Shown in pieces: positions 27,876 to 37,672 of a stretch of DNA of 64,000 nt. Location: contig CP129476.1 of assembly GCA_030583805.1 (NCBI GenBank), forward strand, positions 1,094,657 through 1,158,656, written 5' to 3'. The notes under the pieces are model-generated. The model saw only the letters and a list, made by a program, of their open reading frames with translations. It was not told where the DNA came from and searched no databases. A program made the translations under genes and the position numbers. This stretch comes from Patescibacteria group bacterium. GTDB lineage: Bacteria > Patescibacteriota > Patescibacteriia > SG8-24 > DYFX01. Numbering within the stretch: the stretch's first letter is position 1; every line of letters starts with the position of its first letter.

Positions 27876-29080
27876 AGCTTCGCACGCTCGACGAGCTCAC
27901 ATCGCTCAAAGGCAAGCGCGTTCTCTTGCGCGCCGATTTCAACGTGCCGGTGACGCGCGGCAAGGTGAGCGCCGACGAGGATTGGCGCATCCGCAAAGTC
28001 GTGCCGACGATCGAGCGTTTGCGTAAGGCTGGCGCGCGCGTCGTAGTCGCGACGCACCTCGGCCGCCCAGAAGGGAAAAAAGTCGCTTCGTTCAAAACGG
28101 ATCCCTTGGCCAAGCGGCTCTCGGAACTTTTGCATGCGCCTGTCGTAAAAATCGCGGATTGCGTCGGCGAAGCGGCGGAGGACGCGACGAGAGCGTTGGG
28201 AAACGGGCATGTCGCGATGCTCGAGAACCTGCGATTCAAGAAAGGGGAGGAAGCCAACGATCCGGCTTTTTCCGAAGCGCTGTCGCGCCTCGGCGACGTC
28301 TTCGTTAACGAGGCCTTCGGCACGTGCCATCGGGCCGCCGCATCGATCGTCGGCGTGACGCGCCACTTGCCGTCGTACGCCGGACCGCTGCTCGTTTCCG
28401 AAGTCGAAGCGCTGAGCCGTGTCATGGATGCGCCCGAGTCCCCATACGTCGTGGTGATGGGCGGCTCCAAAGTTTCCGACAAGATCGGCATCATTTCGCA
28501 AATGCTTTCGGCCGCCGACCGGGTGCTCTTGGGAGGAGCCCTAATCGCTCCGTTTTTCAAAGCCCAAAGCCACTGCATCGGGCTGACGCCGTGCACGGAC
28601 GAGGATCTTGAGGCGGCGCGCGAGCTCATGAAGCACCCGTACTACAAGAAATTGATTTTGCCGCACGATGTCGTGATCGCCGATTCCAAGGATCCGCGCA
28701 CCGCGCAGGTCGTCGATTTGCAGGAGGAACCGTTCGATCTCTGTCGCGACCACGAATCGATTCTCGATATCGGCCCCAAGACGATCACGGCCTACGCTGG
28801 CTACATCCGCACCGCCAAGACGATCGTCTGGAACGGTCCGCTCGGCCTTTTCGAGGTGCCGAAGTTCAGCCATGGCACGCTCGCCATCGGGCGCTTGATC
28901 GCCGCGCGTTCGAAAGGCAAGACGTTCGGCGTCGCGGGCGGAGGCGAGACGGCCGTCGCTCTGACGCGCACGGGGCTCGCGGACTGCATCGATCATCTGT
29001 CGACCGGAGGAGGCGCCATGCTCGAATTCCTTGAGGGCGCGATGTTACCCGGCCTCCAGCCGCTGCGTATAGACGAATAG
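27872..29080 (+). CDS. pgk: Phosphoglycerate kinase.
   Basis: RADFNVP, GGGA, and the full-length PGK sequence. ATGA overlap with the NDH-2 stop. Confidence 0.95.
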   Translation: MKLRTLDELTSLKGKRVLLRADFNVPVTRGKVSADEDWRIRKVVPTIERLRKAGARVVVATHLGRPEGKKVASFKTDPLAKRLSELLHAPVVKIADCVGEAAEDATRALGNGHVAMLENLRFKKGEEANDPAFSEALSRLGDVFVNEAFGTCHRAAASIVGVTRHLPSYAGPLLVSEVEALSRVMDAPESPYVVVMGGSKVSDKIGIISQMLSAADRVLLGGALIAPFFKAQSHCIGLTPCTDEDLEAARELMKHPYYKKLILPHDVVIADSKDPRTAQVVDLQEEPFDLCRDHESILDIGPKTITAYAGYIRTAKTIVWNGPLGLFEVPKFSHGTLAIGRLIAARSKGKTFGVAGGGETAVALTRTGLADCIDHLSTGGGAMLEFLEGAMLPGLQPLRIDE

Positions 29081-29115
29081 AACTCATAATCTTTTTTCCG
29101 TCTATGGAAGGAAAC

Positions 29116-29859
29116 ATGCCCGGTAAGAGCGCGCTTTGGAACCTGCTGCTCGCGACGGCCGTCGTCTATCTCGGCGTCATGGCAGCGAATGCGTATAAGG
29201 AGAACGACTACATCGGAAGGCCCGACGCCTCGCGAGACACGATCGCGATCTCGGCCGAGGGTAAGGTGACCGCGCTTCCCGACATCGCCACGGTTTCAGT
29301 CGGCGTCCAGACGGACAACAGGGCTGTCTCCGCCGCGCAGAAGGAGAACTCGACCAAGATGAACGCCATTATCGAAAAGGTGAAGAGCTTCGGCGTCGCC
29401 GCGGAAGACATCAAAACGAGCAACTACTCGATCTATCCGCAGTACGACTACGTGAACGGCCGCCAAGTCGAGCGCGGATTCATGGTGACGCAGAACATCG
29501 ACGTCAAAGTCCGCAATCTCGACGCGATCGGCGAGATTCTCGCGGCGGCTGGCGATCTCGGCGCCAATCAGGTTGGCGGCGTCTCCTTCACGATCGACGA
29601 GCCGGAAGACCTTCGCCAGCAGGCGCGTCTCAAGGCGCTTGAAGCCGCCAAGAAGAAGGCGCAGGCGCTGGCGGACGCCTCCGGCGTGAAGCTCGGCAAA
29701 GTGGTCGGCTTCAGCGAGAACGAAGGCTACGTGCCGTCCCCGATGTACTATGCCAAAGATGCGGCCATGGGCATGGGCGGCGGAGCGGCTCCCTCGATCT
29801 CGTCCGGATCGCAAGACGTGATCGTCAACGTCACGGTGCTGTACGAAATCCTTCCTTAA
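29116..29859 (+). CDS. SIMPL/DUF541 (YggE-like) periplasmic protein.
   Basis: N-terminal TM/signal segment; conserved SIMPL core (YSIYPQYDY...GFMVTQNIDVKV). The ATG at 29116 has a better SD than the one at 29104. Confidence 0.75.
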   Translation: MPGKSALWNLLLATAVVYLGVMAANAYKENDYIGRPDASRDTIAISAEGKVTALPDIATVSVGVQTDNRAVSAAQKENSTKMNAIIEKVKSFGVAAEDIKTSNYSIYPQYDYVNGRQVERGFMVTQNIDVKVRNLDAIGEILAAAGDLGANQVGGVSFTIDEPEDLRQQARLKALEAAKKKAQALADASGVKLGKVVGFSENEGYVPSPMYYAKDAAMGMGGGAAPSISSGSQDVIVNVTVLYEILP

Positions 29860-29927
29860 GCCGGAAGCGGACGCGTCGTCAGGTTCGCCTGGCGGCGCGG
29901 CGCTTACTGCGTAAGGTTTCACTTGCT

Positions 29928-31190
29928 ATGCCCACCATTCGCGAAATTACAGGACGGGAAATTCTCGACTCGCGCGGCAACCCGACGGTCGAGGCGAAGA
30001 TCACGCTCTCGGACGGTACCGTCGCCAAGGCGTCGGTGCCTTCGGGCGCTTCGACGGGCGTACATGAGGCGCATGAGCTGCGCGACGGCGACAAGCGCCG
30101 CTACGGGGGTTTGGGCGTCTTGAAGGCGGTCAAGAACATCGACGGCCCGATCGCCGACGCGCTGCGCGGCATGGAAGTGCAGGAACAGCGCAAGATCGAC
30201 GCGCGCATGTGCGACTTGGACGGCACGCCGAACAAGTCGAAGCTGGGCGCGAACGCCATCCTCGGCGTCTCGCTGGCCGCCGCGCGGGCCGGAGCGACGT
30301 CCCTCCAGCTCCCGCTCTACCGCTATCTGCGCGACGTTTTCGACCTGCCGCGCGAAGACGGATACAAGATGCCGCTGCCGATGATGAACGTCTTGAACGG
30401 CGGCGCGCACGCCGATTGGAGCATCGATTTCCAGGAGTGCATCATTATTCCGAAGCAGAAAAAATTCCGGGAACGCGTCCGCTGCGGCTCGGAAATTTTC
30501 CACGCGCTGCGCGGCATCCTGAAGGCCAAGAAGTTTTCAGTCGGCGTCGGTGATGAAGGCGGCTTCGCGCCGAAACTCAAGAAGAACGCCCAGGCTTTCG
30601 AATTGATCGCGCTCGCGGTGCGCAAGGCTCGTTACAAGCTCGGCACGGACGTCGGATTCGGCATGGATCCGGCGACCTCCGAGTTCTATGACGCGAAGAA
30701 GAAGAAATACATCCTGGCCACCGACGGCCGCAAGCTGGACGCCGACGGCATGGTCAAGATGTGGGCGTCGTACGTGAAGAAATGGCCGTTCGTCTCGATC
30801 GAAGACGGCATGGCCGAAGACGATTGGAGCGGCTGGAAGCAATTGACCGACGCGCTCGGAAAGAAGATCGCGCTGGTCGGCGACGATTTCTTCGTCACGA
30901 ACGCCGACCGGCTCCGTATGGGCATCGAGCGCGGCGCGGCCAACGCGATCCTGATCAAGGTGAACCAGATCGGCACGCTTTCGGAGACGATCGACGCGAT
31001 CCGCCTCGCGCAGCGCAGCGACTACAAAGTCGCCGTTTCGCACCGTTCCGGAGAAACGGCCGACACGATGATCGCCGACTTGGCGGTCGCGGTGAACGCC
31101 GAATTCATCAAAACTGGATCCCTCTCGAGGAGCGAGCGCCTCGAGAAATACAACCGCTTGATGGAAATCGAGGATGAAGTCGGAGCCTAA
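29928..31190 (+). CDS. eno: Enolase.
   Basis: Full-length enolase: SRGNPTVEA...; SGETED-like motif SGETAD. Confidence 0.95.
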   Translation: MPTIREITGREILDSRGNPTVEAKITLSDGTVAKASVPSGASTGVHEAHELRDGDKRRYGGLGVLKAVKNIDGPIADALRGMEVQEQRKIDARMCDLDGTPNKSKLGANAILGVSLAAARAGATSLQLPLYRYLRDVFDLPREDGYKMPLPMMNVLNGGAHADWSIDFQECIIIPKQKKFRERVRCGSEIFHALRGILKAKKFSVGVGDEGGFAPKLKKNAQAFELIALAVRKARYKLGTDVGFGMDPATSEFYDAKKKKYILATDGRKLDADGMVKMWASYVKKWPFVSIEDGMAEDDWSGWKQLTDALGKKIALVGDDFFVTNADRLRMGIERGAANAILIKVNQIGTLSETIDAIRLAQRSDYKVAVSHRSGETADTMIADLAVAVNAEFIKTGSLSRSERLEKYNRLMEIEDEVGA

Positions 31191-32748
31191 AAAAGCGATT
31201 CGTCCGGTCGTTCTCGTGATTTGCGACGGCTTCGGTTCGGCTCCCGCCGGGCTGCAAGGTAACGCCGTCCTGATGGCGCGCCTGCCGAACCTTTCCGCGC
31301 TATGGGAAAAGTATCCCCGCACGGAATTGTTTGCGCATGGCCAGCACGTCGGGTTGCCGAAGCATCAGCCGGGCAATTCCGAGGCTGGGCACATGAATCT
31401 CGGCGCCGGCCGCGTCGTGAAACAGGACGCCGTCTACATCACCGAAGCGATCGAGGACGGCGTTTTCTTCAAGAACACGGCGTTTCTTGAAGCGTTCAAG
31501 CACGTCAGGAAATACAAGACGCGCGTGCACCTCATGGGCCTCATTTCGGCCGGCAAGTCGGCGCACGCCTCGATGGATCATCTTTACGCGCTCTTGGAGT
31601 TGTGCCGGCGCCAGAAAATCGACGACGTGGCGTTGCATCTTTTTACCGACGGACGCGACAGCCCGCGCTTTGCCGCTACGGCGCAGGTGCATGAGATCGA
31701 GGCGCGACTCCGACCGGGCGAGCGCATCGCCACGATCATGGGGCGTTTCTATCCGATGGACCGCAATCGGAATTGGAAACGCGTCGATTTGGCGTACCAC
31801 GCCATCGTGAACGGCGAAGGGCTTGCGGCAGCGAGCGCCGAAGAAGCCTTGCTCGGCGCCTATAACCGCGGCGAGACCGACGAATTCGTGCTGCCGACCG
31901 TCATCGTCGACAAGGAGCACGTGCCGCACGGCACGGTGCGCGACAACGACGCGATCTTCTTTTTCAATCTCCGCTCCGACCGCGCGCGCCAGCTCACCAA
32001 ATCCTTCTTGCTCGACGATTTCGAAAAGAGCGTGCCGGACGCCTTTAAGCGCCGCCGCGTGCCGAAGAAAACGCGCTTCGTCGCCATGACGGACTTCGGT
32101 CCGGACCTGCCGTACATCCTCACGGCTTATCCCAGCCGGGAATTGCACCGCACGCTGCCGGAGGTGCTCAAGAACCTGAAGCAGTTCTACGTCGCCGAGT
32201 CGGAAAAATTTTCGCACATCACGTTTTTCTTCAACGGCGGCTATCCCGACCACAAGTTCGGCGAGGAGCGCCTGCGCATCGAGTCGCTGCGCATTCCGCG
32301 CCACGACATGCGACCGGAGATGAAATCGATGGAAGTCACGACGGAAGTGCTGAAGCGCTTGCGCTCCGGCAAATACCACTTCATCGCCCTGAACTTCGCC
32401 AACGCCGACATGATCGGTCACACCGGCAACCTGGAAGCGGCGGTCGGCGCGCTCGAGGTGATCGACGACTGCATCGGGCGCCTTTGGAAAGAAGTCGAGG
32501 CAAGGGACGGAACGCTGTTCGTGACCGGCGACCATGGCAACGTCGAATCCATGATCGACGTCGCGACGGGCGCGATCGTCACCGAGCACTCCGCCAACCC
32601 GGTGCCGTTCGTGGTTGCGAGCAAGGCGTTGAAAGGCGCGCGCGAGCTGCCGCGCGGCGTACTGGCCGACGTCGCCCCGACGATCCTGGACGTCATGGGC
32701 ATCCGCCCGCCGGACGAGATGAGCGGACGCTCTTTGCTGGCCGATTGA
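31174..32748 (+). CDS. gpmI: 2,3-bisphosphoglycerate-independent phosphoglycerate mutase, copy 1.
   Basis: iPGM motifs VVLVICDGFG and GNSEAGHMNLGAGR, plus the C-terminal metal-binding domain. It overlaps the eno 3' end by 17 nt. Confidence 0.9.
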   Translation: MKSEPKKAIRPVVLVICDGFGSAPAGLQGNAVLMARLPNLSALWEKYPRTELFAHGQHVGLPKHQPGNSEAGHMNLGAGRVVKQDAVYITEAIEDGVFFKNTAFLEAFKHVRKYKTRVHLMGLISAGKSAHASMDHLYALLELCRRQKIDDVALHLFTDGRDSPRFAATAQVHEIEARLRPGERIATIMGRFYPMDRNRNWKRVDLAYHAIVNGEGLAAASAEEALLGAYNRGETDEFVLPTVIVDKEHVPHGTVRDNDAIFFFNLRSDRARQLTKSFLLDDFEKSVPDAFKRRRVPKKTRFVAMTDFGPDLPYILTAYPSRELHRTLPEVLKNLKQFYVAESEKFSHITFFFNGGYPDHKFGEERLRIESLRIPRHDMRPEMKSMEVTTEVLKRLRSGKYHFIALNFANADMIGHTGNLEAAVGALEVIDDCIGRLWKEVEARDGTLFVTGDHGNVESMIDVATGAIVTEHSANPVPFVVASKALKGARELPRGVLADVAPTILDVMGIRPPDEMSGRSLLAD

Positions 32749-32770
32749 AAAAGAGTAGACTTGCCTGACT

Positions 32771-34348
32771 ATGCCTACACCGAAACCCGTCGTACTCCTG
32801 ATTCTCGATGGCTGGGGCGTCGCCCCGCCCGACCAGGGAAATGCGCTCGCCATCGCCAAGACCCCCAACATCCGCGCGCTGGCCTCGAAATATCCGGCCA
32901 TGACGCTCCAGTCCTCCGGCGAAGAAGTCGGGCTCATGTGGGGCGAGATGGGCAATTCGGAAGTCGGCCACCTGACGATCGGCGCCGGCAAGGTCTACTA
33001 CCAGAGCCTGCCGCGCATCAACCGTGCCGTCCAAGGCGGCGAATTTGCGACGAACATGGCGTTCGTCAAAGCGGTCGAGCACGTGAAGAAGAACGGAACG
33101 AAATTGCACTTGCTCGGCCTCGCCTCGATCGGCAACGTGCACGCTTCGCTCGAGCACCTGCTCGCGCTGCTTGATTTCGCCAAGGCCAACGACGTCAAGG
33201 AAACGTACGTGCACGCCGTGCTCGACGGGCGCGACACCACGTTCAACGCCGGCATTGACTTCATCACCACGGTGACGGAGCGCATGAAGAAGAACGGCGT
33301 CGGCAAGATCGCCACGCTCTCCGGACGCTTTTACGCCATGGACCGCGACAATCGCTGGGATCGCATCGAGAAGGCATATCGCGCCATGGTCGAAGGCAAG
33401 GCCGACGCGACGAGCGACGACCCGCTCGCGGCCATCCGCGCTTCCTACGAAGCCAAAGTCTACGACGAGGAATTCGTTCCGACGGTGATTACCGAGAACG
33501 GCGCGCCTGTCGCCACGATCGGCGCCGGCGACGCCGTGATCGTCTTCAATTACCGCCCCGACCGCTCGCGCGAAATCACGAGGGCGCTGGCGCTGCCGGA
33601 TTTCGACAAGTTCGCGCGCCCGCAAGTCAGCGATCTTCTCGTCATTACGATGACAGAATACGAAAAAGGTTTCCCGGTCGAAGTCGCCTTTCCGCCCGAG
33701 CCGATTTCGACGTGCCTGGCCAAAGTCATTTCCGACGCCGGCATGAAGCAGCTGCATATCGCCGAGACGGAAAAATACGCGCACGTCACCTTCTTCTTGA
33801 ACGGCATGAAGGAAGATCCTTTCCGCGGCGAGGACCGCGTCATCATTCCGTCGCCGCAGGTTTCCTCGTACGACCAGCAGCCCGAAATGTCGGCGCCGCT
33901 CATCACCGAGCGCATCGTCAAGGAAATCAACGCCGGAAAATACGATCTGATCGCCGCCAACTACGCCAACGGTGACATGGTCGGCCACACCGGCAATCTG
34001 GACGCGACCGTCAAAGCGGCAGAAGTCGTCGACGCCTCGATCGGCAAGATCGTCGAAGCGGCGCTCGAAAAAGGCGGCGTCGTGCTCATCACCGCCGACC
34101 ACGGCAACGCCGAAGAGGTCGTCAATTTGCAGACCGGATCGATCGACAAGGAACACTCCACCTATCCCGTGCCTTTCTTGATCATCGGCCAGCAGTTCGA
34201 AGGCATGGCCGGCGAAGCGCAAGAAATGGTCGGCGGCGACCTGAGCCTCAGCCCGCCGGTCGGCATGCTCTCCGACGTCACCCCGACAATTCTCCGCATC
34301 ATGGGCATTCCGCAGCCGAGCGACATGACGGGGAGGCCGTTGATTTGA
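32771..34348 (+). CDS. gpmI: 2,3-bisphosphoglycerate-independent phosphoglycerate mutase, copy 2; a diverged tandem paralogue.
   Basis: iPGM motifs VVLLILDGWG and GNSEVGHLTIGAGK. It is clearly homologous to, but distinct from, copy 1. Confidence 0.9.
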   Translation: MPTPKPVVLLILDGWGVAPPDQGNALAIAKTPNIRALASKYPAMTLQSSGEEVGLMWGEMGNSEVGHLTIGAGKVYYQSLPRINRAVQGGEFATNMAFVKAVEHVKKNGTKLHLLGLASIGNVHASLEHLLALLDFAKANDVKETYVHAVLDGRDTTFNAGIDFITTVTERMKKNGVGKIATLSGRFYAMDRDNRWDRIEKAYRAMVEGKADATSDDPLAAIRASYEAKVYDEEFVPTVITENGAPVATIGAGDAVIVFNYRPDRSREITRALALPDFDKFARPQVSDLLVITMTEYEKGFPVEVAFPPEPISTCLAKVISDAGMKQLHIAETEKYAHVTFFLNGMKEDPFRGEDRVIIPSPQVSSYDQQPEMSAPLITERIVKEINAGKYDLIAANYANGDMVGHTGNLDATVKAAEVVDASIGKIVEAALEKGGVVLITADHGNAEEVVNLQTGSIDKEHSTYPVPFLIIGQQFEGMAGEAQEMVGGDLSLSPPVGMLSDVTPTILRIMGIPQPSDMTGRPLI

Positions 34349-34409
34349 AGCATTAACCCGAGCATGGTGATGAGGAATTCGGCGCCGCGATGGCCAAGTT
34401 GTAACAAGC

Positions 34410-34434
34410 AAAACTCCCCGAAAGGGGAGTTTTG
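34410..34434 (+). terminator. Intrinsic terminator after the glycolytic operon (aaaactcccc-gaaa-ggggagtttt).
   Basis: Perfect hairpin plus a T-run. Confidence 0.65.
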
Positions 34435-34469
34435 ATCTATACTGCAACCATCATTCACTGAATACGACT

Positions 34470-34796
34470 ATGGGCGATGCAAAAAAGTTTTTGGGTAAGG
34501 GCGTTGCACTCGCGACGCTGATCGGTGCGGCGGTGGCGCTCGCGCACGCGGTGAAAAAGAACAAGAAGGCGAAGCTGCTCAAGACTGCGGCAGAAGACGC
34601 GAAGGGGCATGTGCTCTCGCATGCCAAGAAGCTCGGGGGCGTCTCCAAGGCGTCGTACGGAAAAATCGTCGATTCCGTGCTGGCCGAGTACGCCAACATG
34701 AAGACCTTTTCGAAAAAGGAGATTGCCGAGATGGCGCACGAGCTGAAAGACGGCTGGCGGGAAGTCGGAAAGATGTTGAAGGGTAAGAAGCGTTAG
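34470..34796 (+). CDS. Hypothetical Lys-rich small protein, 108 aa.
   Basis: ORF in the track; a TATACT -10 lies at 34438. Its own terminator is at 34805-34830. Confidence 0.5.
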   Translation: MGDAKKFLGKGVALATLIGAAVALAHAVKKNKKAKLLKTAAEDAKGHVLSHAKKLGGVSKASYGKIVDSVLAEYANMKTFSKKEIAEMAHELKDGWREVGKMLKGKKR

Positions 34797-34804
34797 AGGC
34801 AACA

Positions 34805-34830
34805 GACCGGGCTTCGGCCCGGTTTTTGTG
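34805..34830 (+). terminator. Intrinsic terminator (gaccgggc-ttcg-gcccggt + TTTTT).
   Basis: Visible in the sequence. Confidence 0.65.
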
Positions 34831-34867
34831 TTGACAAACGCCGTTTTTACGGACAGAATGGATCGTT

Positions 34868-36028
34868 ATGTCCCAGAACTTCACGCTTACGCATCAGGAC
34901 AAGTACTCGCGCGCACGCGCGGGGGTTTTGCATACCGAGCACGGCGACGTGGAGACGCCTGTTTTCATGCCGGTCGGCACGCAGGCGACCGTGAAGGCGC
35001 TCGACGCGGCCGACATGGAAATGCTCGGCGCGCAGATCATCCTGAACAATACCTATCACTTGCACTTACGGCCGGGGGAGGACATCGTCAAAAACCTCGG
35101 CGGCGCGCATGCGTTCCAGCATTGGAACCGCGCGATTTTGACCGACTCGGGCGGCTACCAGGTGTTTTCGCTCGGCGCGAAGAAAGCGGCGACGGGAAAT
35201 TTGGTAAAGATCGACGAAGACGGCGTGACCTTCAAGTCACATCTCGACGGTTCGAGCCACCGCTTCACGCCGGAAGAGGCAATCAGGATCCAGCAGAAAC
35301 TTGGCGCCGACGTCATCATGGCGTTCGATCAGTGCACGTCGGACAGCGCCTCGGAGGAAGAAGCGCGTACGGCGATGGAGCGCACGCACCGCTGGGCGGA
35401 CCGCTGTCTTGCGGCCTTTGCCGACAAGAAGGATGCGCCGACGTTCAAACAGCAGCTCTTCGGCATCGTCCAGGGCGGCGTGCACAAGGACTTGCGCCGC
35501 GCTTCGGCGGAGTTCATCGCGTCGCGCCCGTTCGACGGTTTCGCGATCGGCGGCGAGTCGGTCGGCTACAACATGGAAAAGACGCGCGAGATTCTCGGTT
35601 GGATCGAAGACCTCATGCCCGCAGACAAAGCGCGCTATACGATGGGTGTCGGGCTTTCGCCGGAGGATCTCTTTGATGTCGTCGAGGGCGGCGCCGACAT
35701 GTTCGACTGCGTTTCACCGACCCGCGTGGCGCGCAACGGCGCCTTGTTCAACCGCAAGGCCGGACGCTCGAAAAAATACCGCATCGAAATCGGCAACAAG
35801 GCGCACGAGCAGGACACGCGCCTGATCGACGAAGAATGCGGCTGCTTCACGTGCAAAAACTATTCGCGCGCCTATCTTCGCCATCTCTTCCTCGCCGAAG
35901 AGCTCGCGTATTTCCGTCTCGGTACGATCCATAACCTGCACTTCCTCCTCAATCTGATGCGCGAAATGCGCAAAGCGATTTTGGAAGACCGCTTCCTGGA
36001 GTTCAAGAAAAGCTGGATCGTCGAATAA
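34868..36028 (+). CDS. tgt: Queuine tRNA-ribosyltransferase.
   Basis: Full-length Tgt: TPVFMPVGTQATVK, DSGGYQVFSL, and the zinc site CGCFTC...H. Confidence 0.95.
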   Translation: MSQNFTLTHQDKYSRARAGVLHTEHGDVETPVFMPVGTQATVKALDAADMEMLGAQIILNNTYHLHLRPGEDIVKNLGGAHAFQHWNRAILTDSGGYQVFSLGAKKAATGNLVKIDEDGVTFKSHLDGSSHRFTPEEAIRIQQKLGADVIMAFDQCTSDSASEEEARTAMERTHRWADRCLAAFADKKDAPTFKQQLFGIVQGGVHKDLRRASAEFIASRPFDGFAIGGESVGYNMEKTREILGWIEDLMPADKARYTMGVGLSPEDLFDVVEGGADMFDCVSPTRVARNGALFNRKAGRSKKYRIEIGNKAHEQDTRLIDEECGCFTCKNYSRAYLRHLFLAEELAYFRLGTIHNLHFLLNLMREMRKAILEDRFLEFKKSWIVE

Positions 36029-36066
36029 AAATCCCCGCAGCCGCAGCTGCCGGGAGAGAAAAACGT

Positions 36067-36582
36067 TCAGTTTTTTTCGCGCTCTTCAAGAGTGCTCGCA
36101 TGCATCTGCTCCGCGGCGGCGCGGGCCGTCGCTTTGACGAGCAGAATCGCGCGCTCGCGATCCACGTCCGAGTGGCGGTAGAGCAGATAGCTGTACCTGC
36201 CGAACCGGTCCTGCGCCGCAACGAAGGCGGCGGCGACATGCGGCGGATGGGAAACGCTGAGCTCGCCTTTTTCCTCGACGGTGATCTTGATTTCCAGGCT
36301 CTCGATCTTTTCAGCCATGGTCACGATCAGGTCGTCCTCGCCGGCGGCGACTTCGAACCGCTTGAAAAGAAAGCTCGGCGCGCGGCCTTCCATCATGCAG
36401 GCGTAGACGCCAGCGAGCACGTGGTCCTCTGACGAGGCTGCCGCCGGTTCTCCCTCGAGCACCTCGGCGACCAGATCGCCGCTGTGGATCTCGTACACCA
36501 GGCTGAGCAGCTTCGAGTCCCGCCCCGCGGGCATGAGGGTTTTGGCGTAGTGGTACACGTCCGCGCCGTCCATCTTTTTCAT
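36067..36582 (-). CDS. Hypothetical acidic protein, 171 aa (cassette member d).
   Basis: ATG at 36582 with SD gggaggaag. No recognisable domain. Confidence 0.55.
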   Translation of the reverse strand: MKKMDGADVYHYAKTLMPAGRDSKLLSLVYEIHSGDLVAEVLEGEPAAASSEDHVLAGVYACMMEGRAPSFLFKRFEVAAGEDDLIVTMAEKIESLEIKITVEEKGELSVSHPPHVAAAFVAAQDRFGRYSYLLYRHSDVDRERAILLVKATARAAAEQMHASTLEEREKN

Positions 36583-36636
36583 ACTTCCTCCCGGAAAGAC
36601 GCATGCTCACTCCATCAGGGAACGCCGCAGCCGTCA

Positions 36637-36661
36637 AATAAAAAACCATCCGTACGGATGG
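36637..36661 (-). terminator. Intrinsic terminator ending the queA operon (ccatccgtacggatgg + T-run on the minus strand).
   Basis: The hairpin sits immediately after the stop of ORF 36662-37153. Confidence 0.6.
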
Positions 36662-37153
36662 TTAGGAATCGACGGCGATCGCGCCTTTCAGGGCGGCAAA
36701 GATCGTCGCTTCGTCGAACATCGGCAGGTAGAAGAGCATCACGGCCGGACGTTCCGACCGCGCGCGCGACATGGTGATCGCGGCGACGATCTCCCGCCCG
36801 GTGTGCGCGAGCGTCGACAGCGCTTCCGCTGGATACGCGCTTGAGCCCGGCAGCGTGTGCGCAAGGTACGTTTGCAGCGCGTCGCTTGCGGACGCGACGT
36901 CTTCCGGGTTCTCGCCGTGAATGTATGTCGCCATCGTGCCGCCGTGTTCGTACGCCATGACGACGAGCGCGTCGTGCTCCAAGATTTCTTCGAGCGATTC
37001 GACGTTTCCAAAGAGCGGCCGATAGGCGAGGAAGCCGTTTACCAGGTCGTCAAGAAAGTCGAGATAGATCCAGAGCGACGACGACGCGTCGGCGCCTTCA
37101 GCCATCTCGTACATGTGCGCCTTGATGGCTTCGAGTCCGGTCTTGGTCTCCAT
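36662..37153 (-). CDS. Hypothetical acidic protein, 163 aa (cassette member a).
   Basis: TGATG overlap with the upstream gene. No recognisable domain. Confidence 0.55.
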   Translation of the reverse strand: METKTGLEAIKAHMYEMAEGADASSSLWIYLDFLDDLVNGFLAYRPLFGNVESLEEILEHDALVVMAYEHGGTMATYIHGENPEDVASASDALQTYLAHTLPGSSAYPAEALSTLAHTGREIVAAITMSRARSERPAVMLFYLPMFDEATIFAALKGAIAVDS

Positions 37154-37671
37154 CAGCTGCCGCCTTTCGCGGCTTCATCTTCTTGCTCGCGGATGAACTG
37201 CACGAGCAGCTTCAGATGGCCGACCGCCTGCGCAAAGGTCTGATCCCGTTGCCAGGCGATGCCGATGCGCCGCGTGCCGTCGTCGAGCGTGCTGCAGTAG
37301 GCGAAGACGAGCGTCGTCAATGGTTCGGGGACGGCAGCCAGCGCTTCGTCCGCCGTGGCGGACCTTTCCGGCCGGGCCGCCAGGGCGTCGAGCAGCACGT
37401 CGCGGATGCGCAGCTCCTCGGTCGTATTCGCGGCCGGATAGATGAAGTACCTAAGCCGGCCGTCCGCCGTGGTGCCGAGCGTGAGCAGGCAGTCGAAGAC
37501 TTGCCGCTCCGCTTCTTCCGCGCCTTCGAGCGTGCGGTGGTCGAGCTCGTCGCTTTCCAGGTCGGAAAGCGCCTTGAGCAGCGTCCGTCCGCCATGGTTC
37601 ATGGGCAACTGCGTCTCCCATTCCTCCATCGCTTCGGAGACGGTCTTCAGGTCGTCATCGTCTTTCGTCAT
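37153..37671 (-). CDS. Hypothetical acidic protein, 172 aa (cassette member b).
   Basis: ATG at 37671 (MTKDDDDLKTV...). The longer track ORF is an R/S-rich spurious extension. Only 1 nt separates it from the upstream stop. Confidence 0.55.
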   Translation of the reverse strand: MTKDDDDLKTVSEAMEEWETQLPMNHGGRTLLKALSDLESDELDHRTLEGAEEAERQVFDCLLTLGTTADGRLRYFIYPAANTTEELRIRDVLLDALAARPERSATADEALAAVPEPLTTLVFAYCSTLDDGTRRIGIAWQRDQTFAQAVGHLKLLVQFIREQEDEAAKGGS

Positions 37672-37672
37672 C

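Noticed and set aside
31300-34447. Long minus-strand ORFs (563 aa and 584 aa) across the gpmI tandem.
   Set aside because: They are antisense to two unambiguous iPGM genes. This is the typical high-GC mirror-ORF artefact.
36583-36661. Intergenic segment between cassette genes, considered as a possible small RNA.
   Set aside because: It is fully explained by a bidirectional terminator hairpin plus the SD and start of the next gene.
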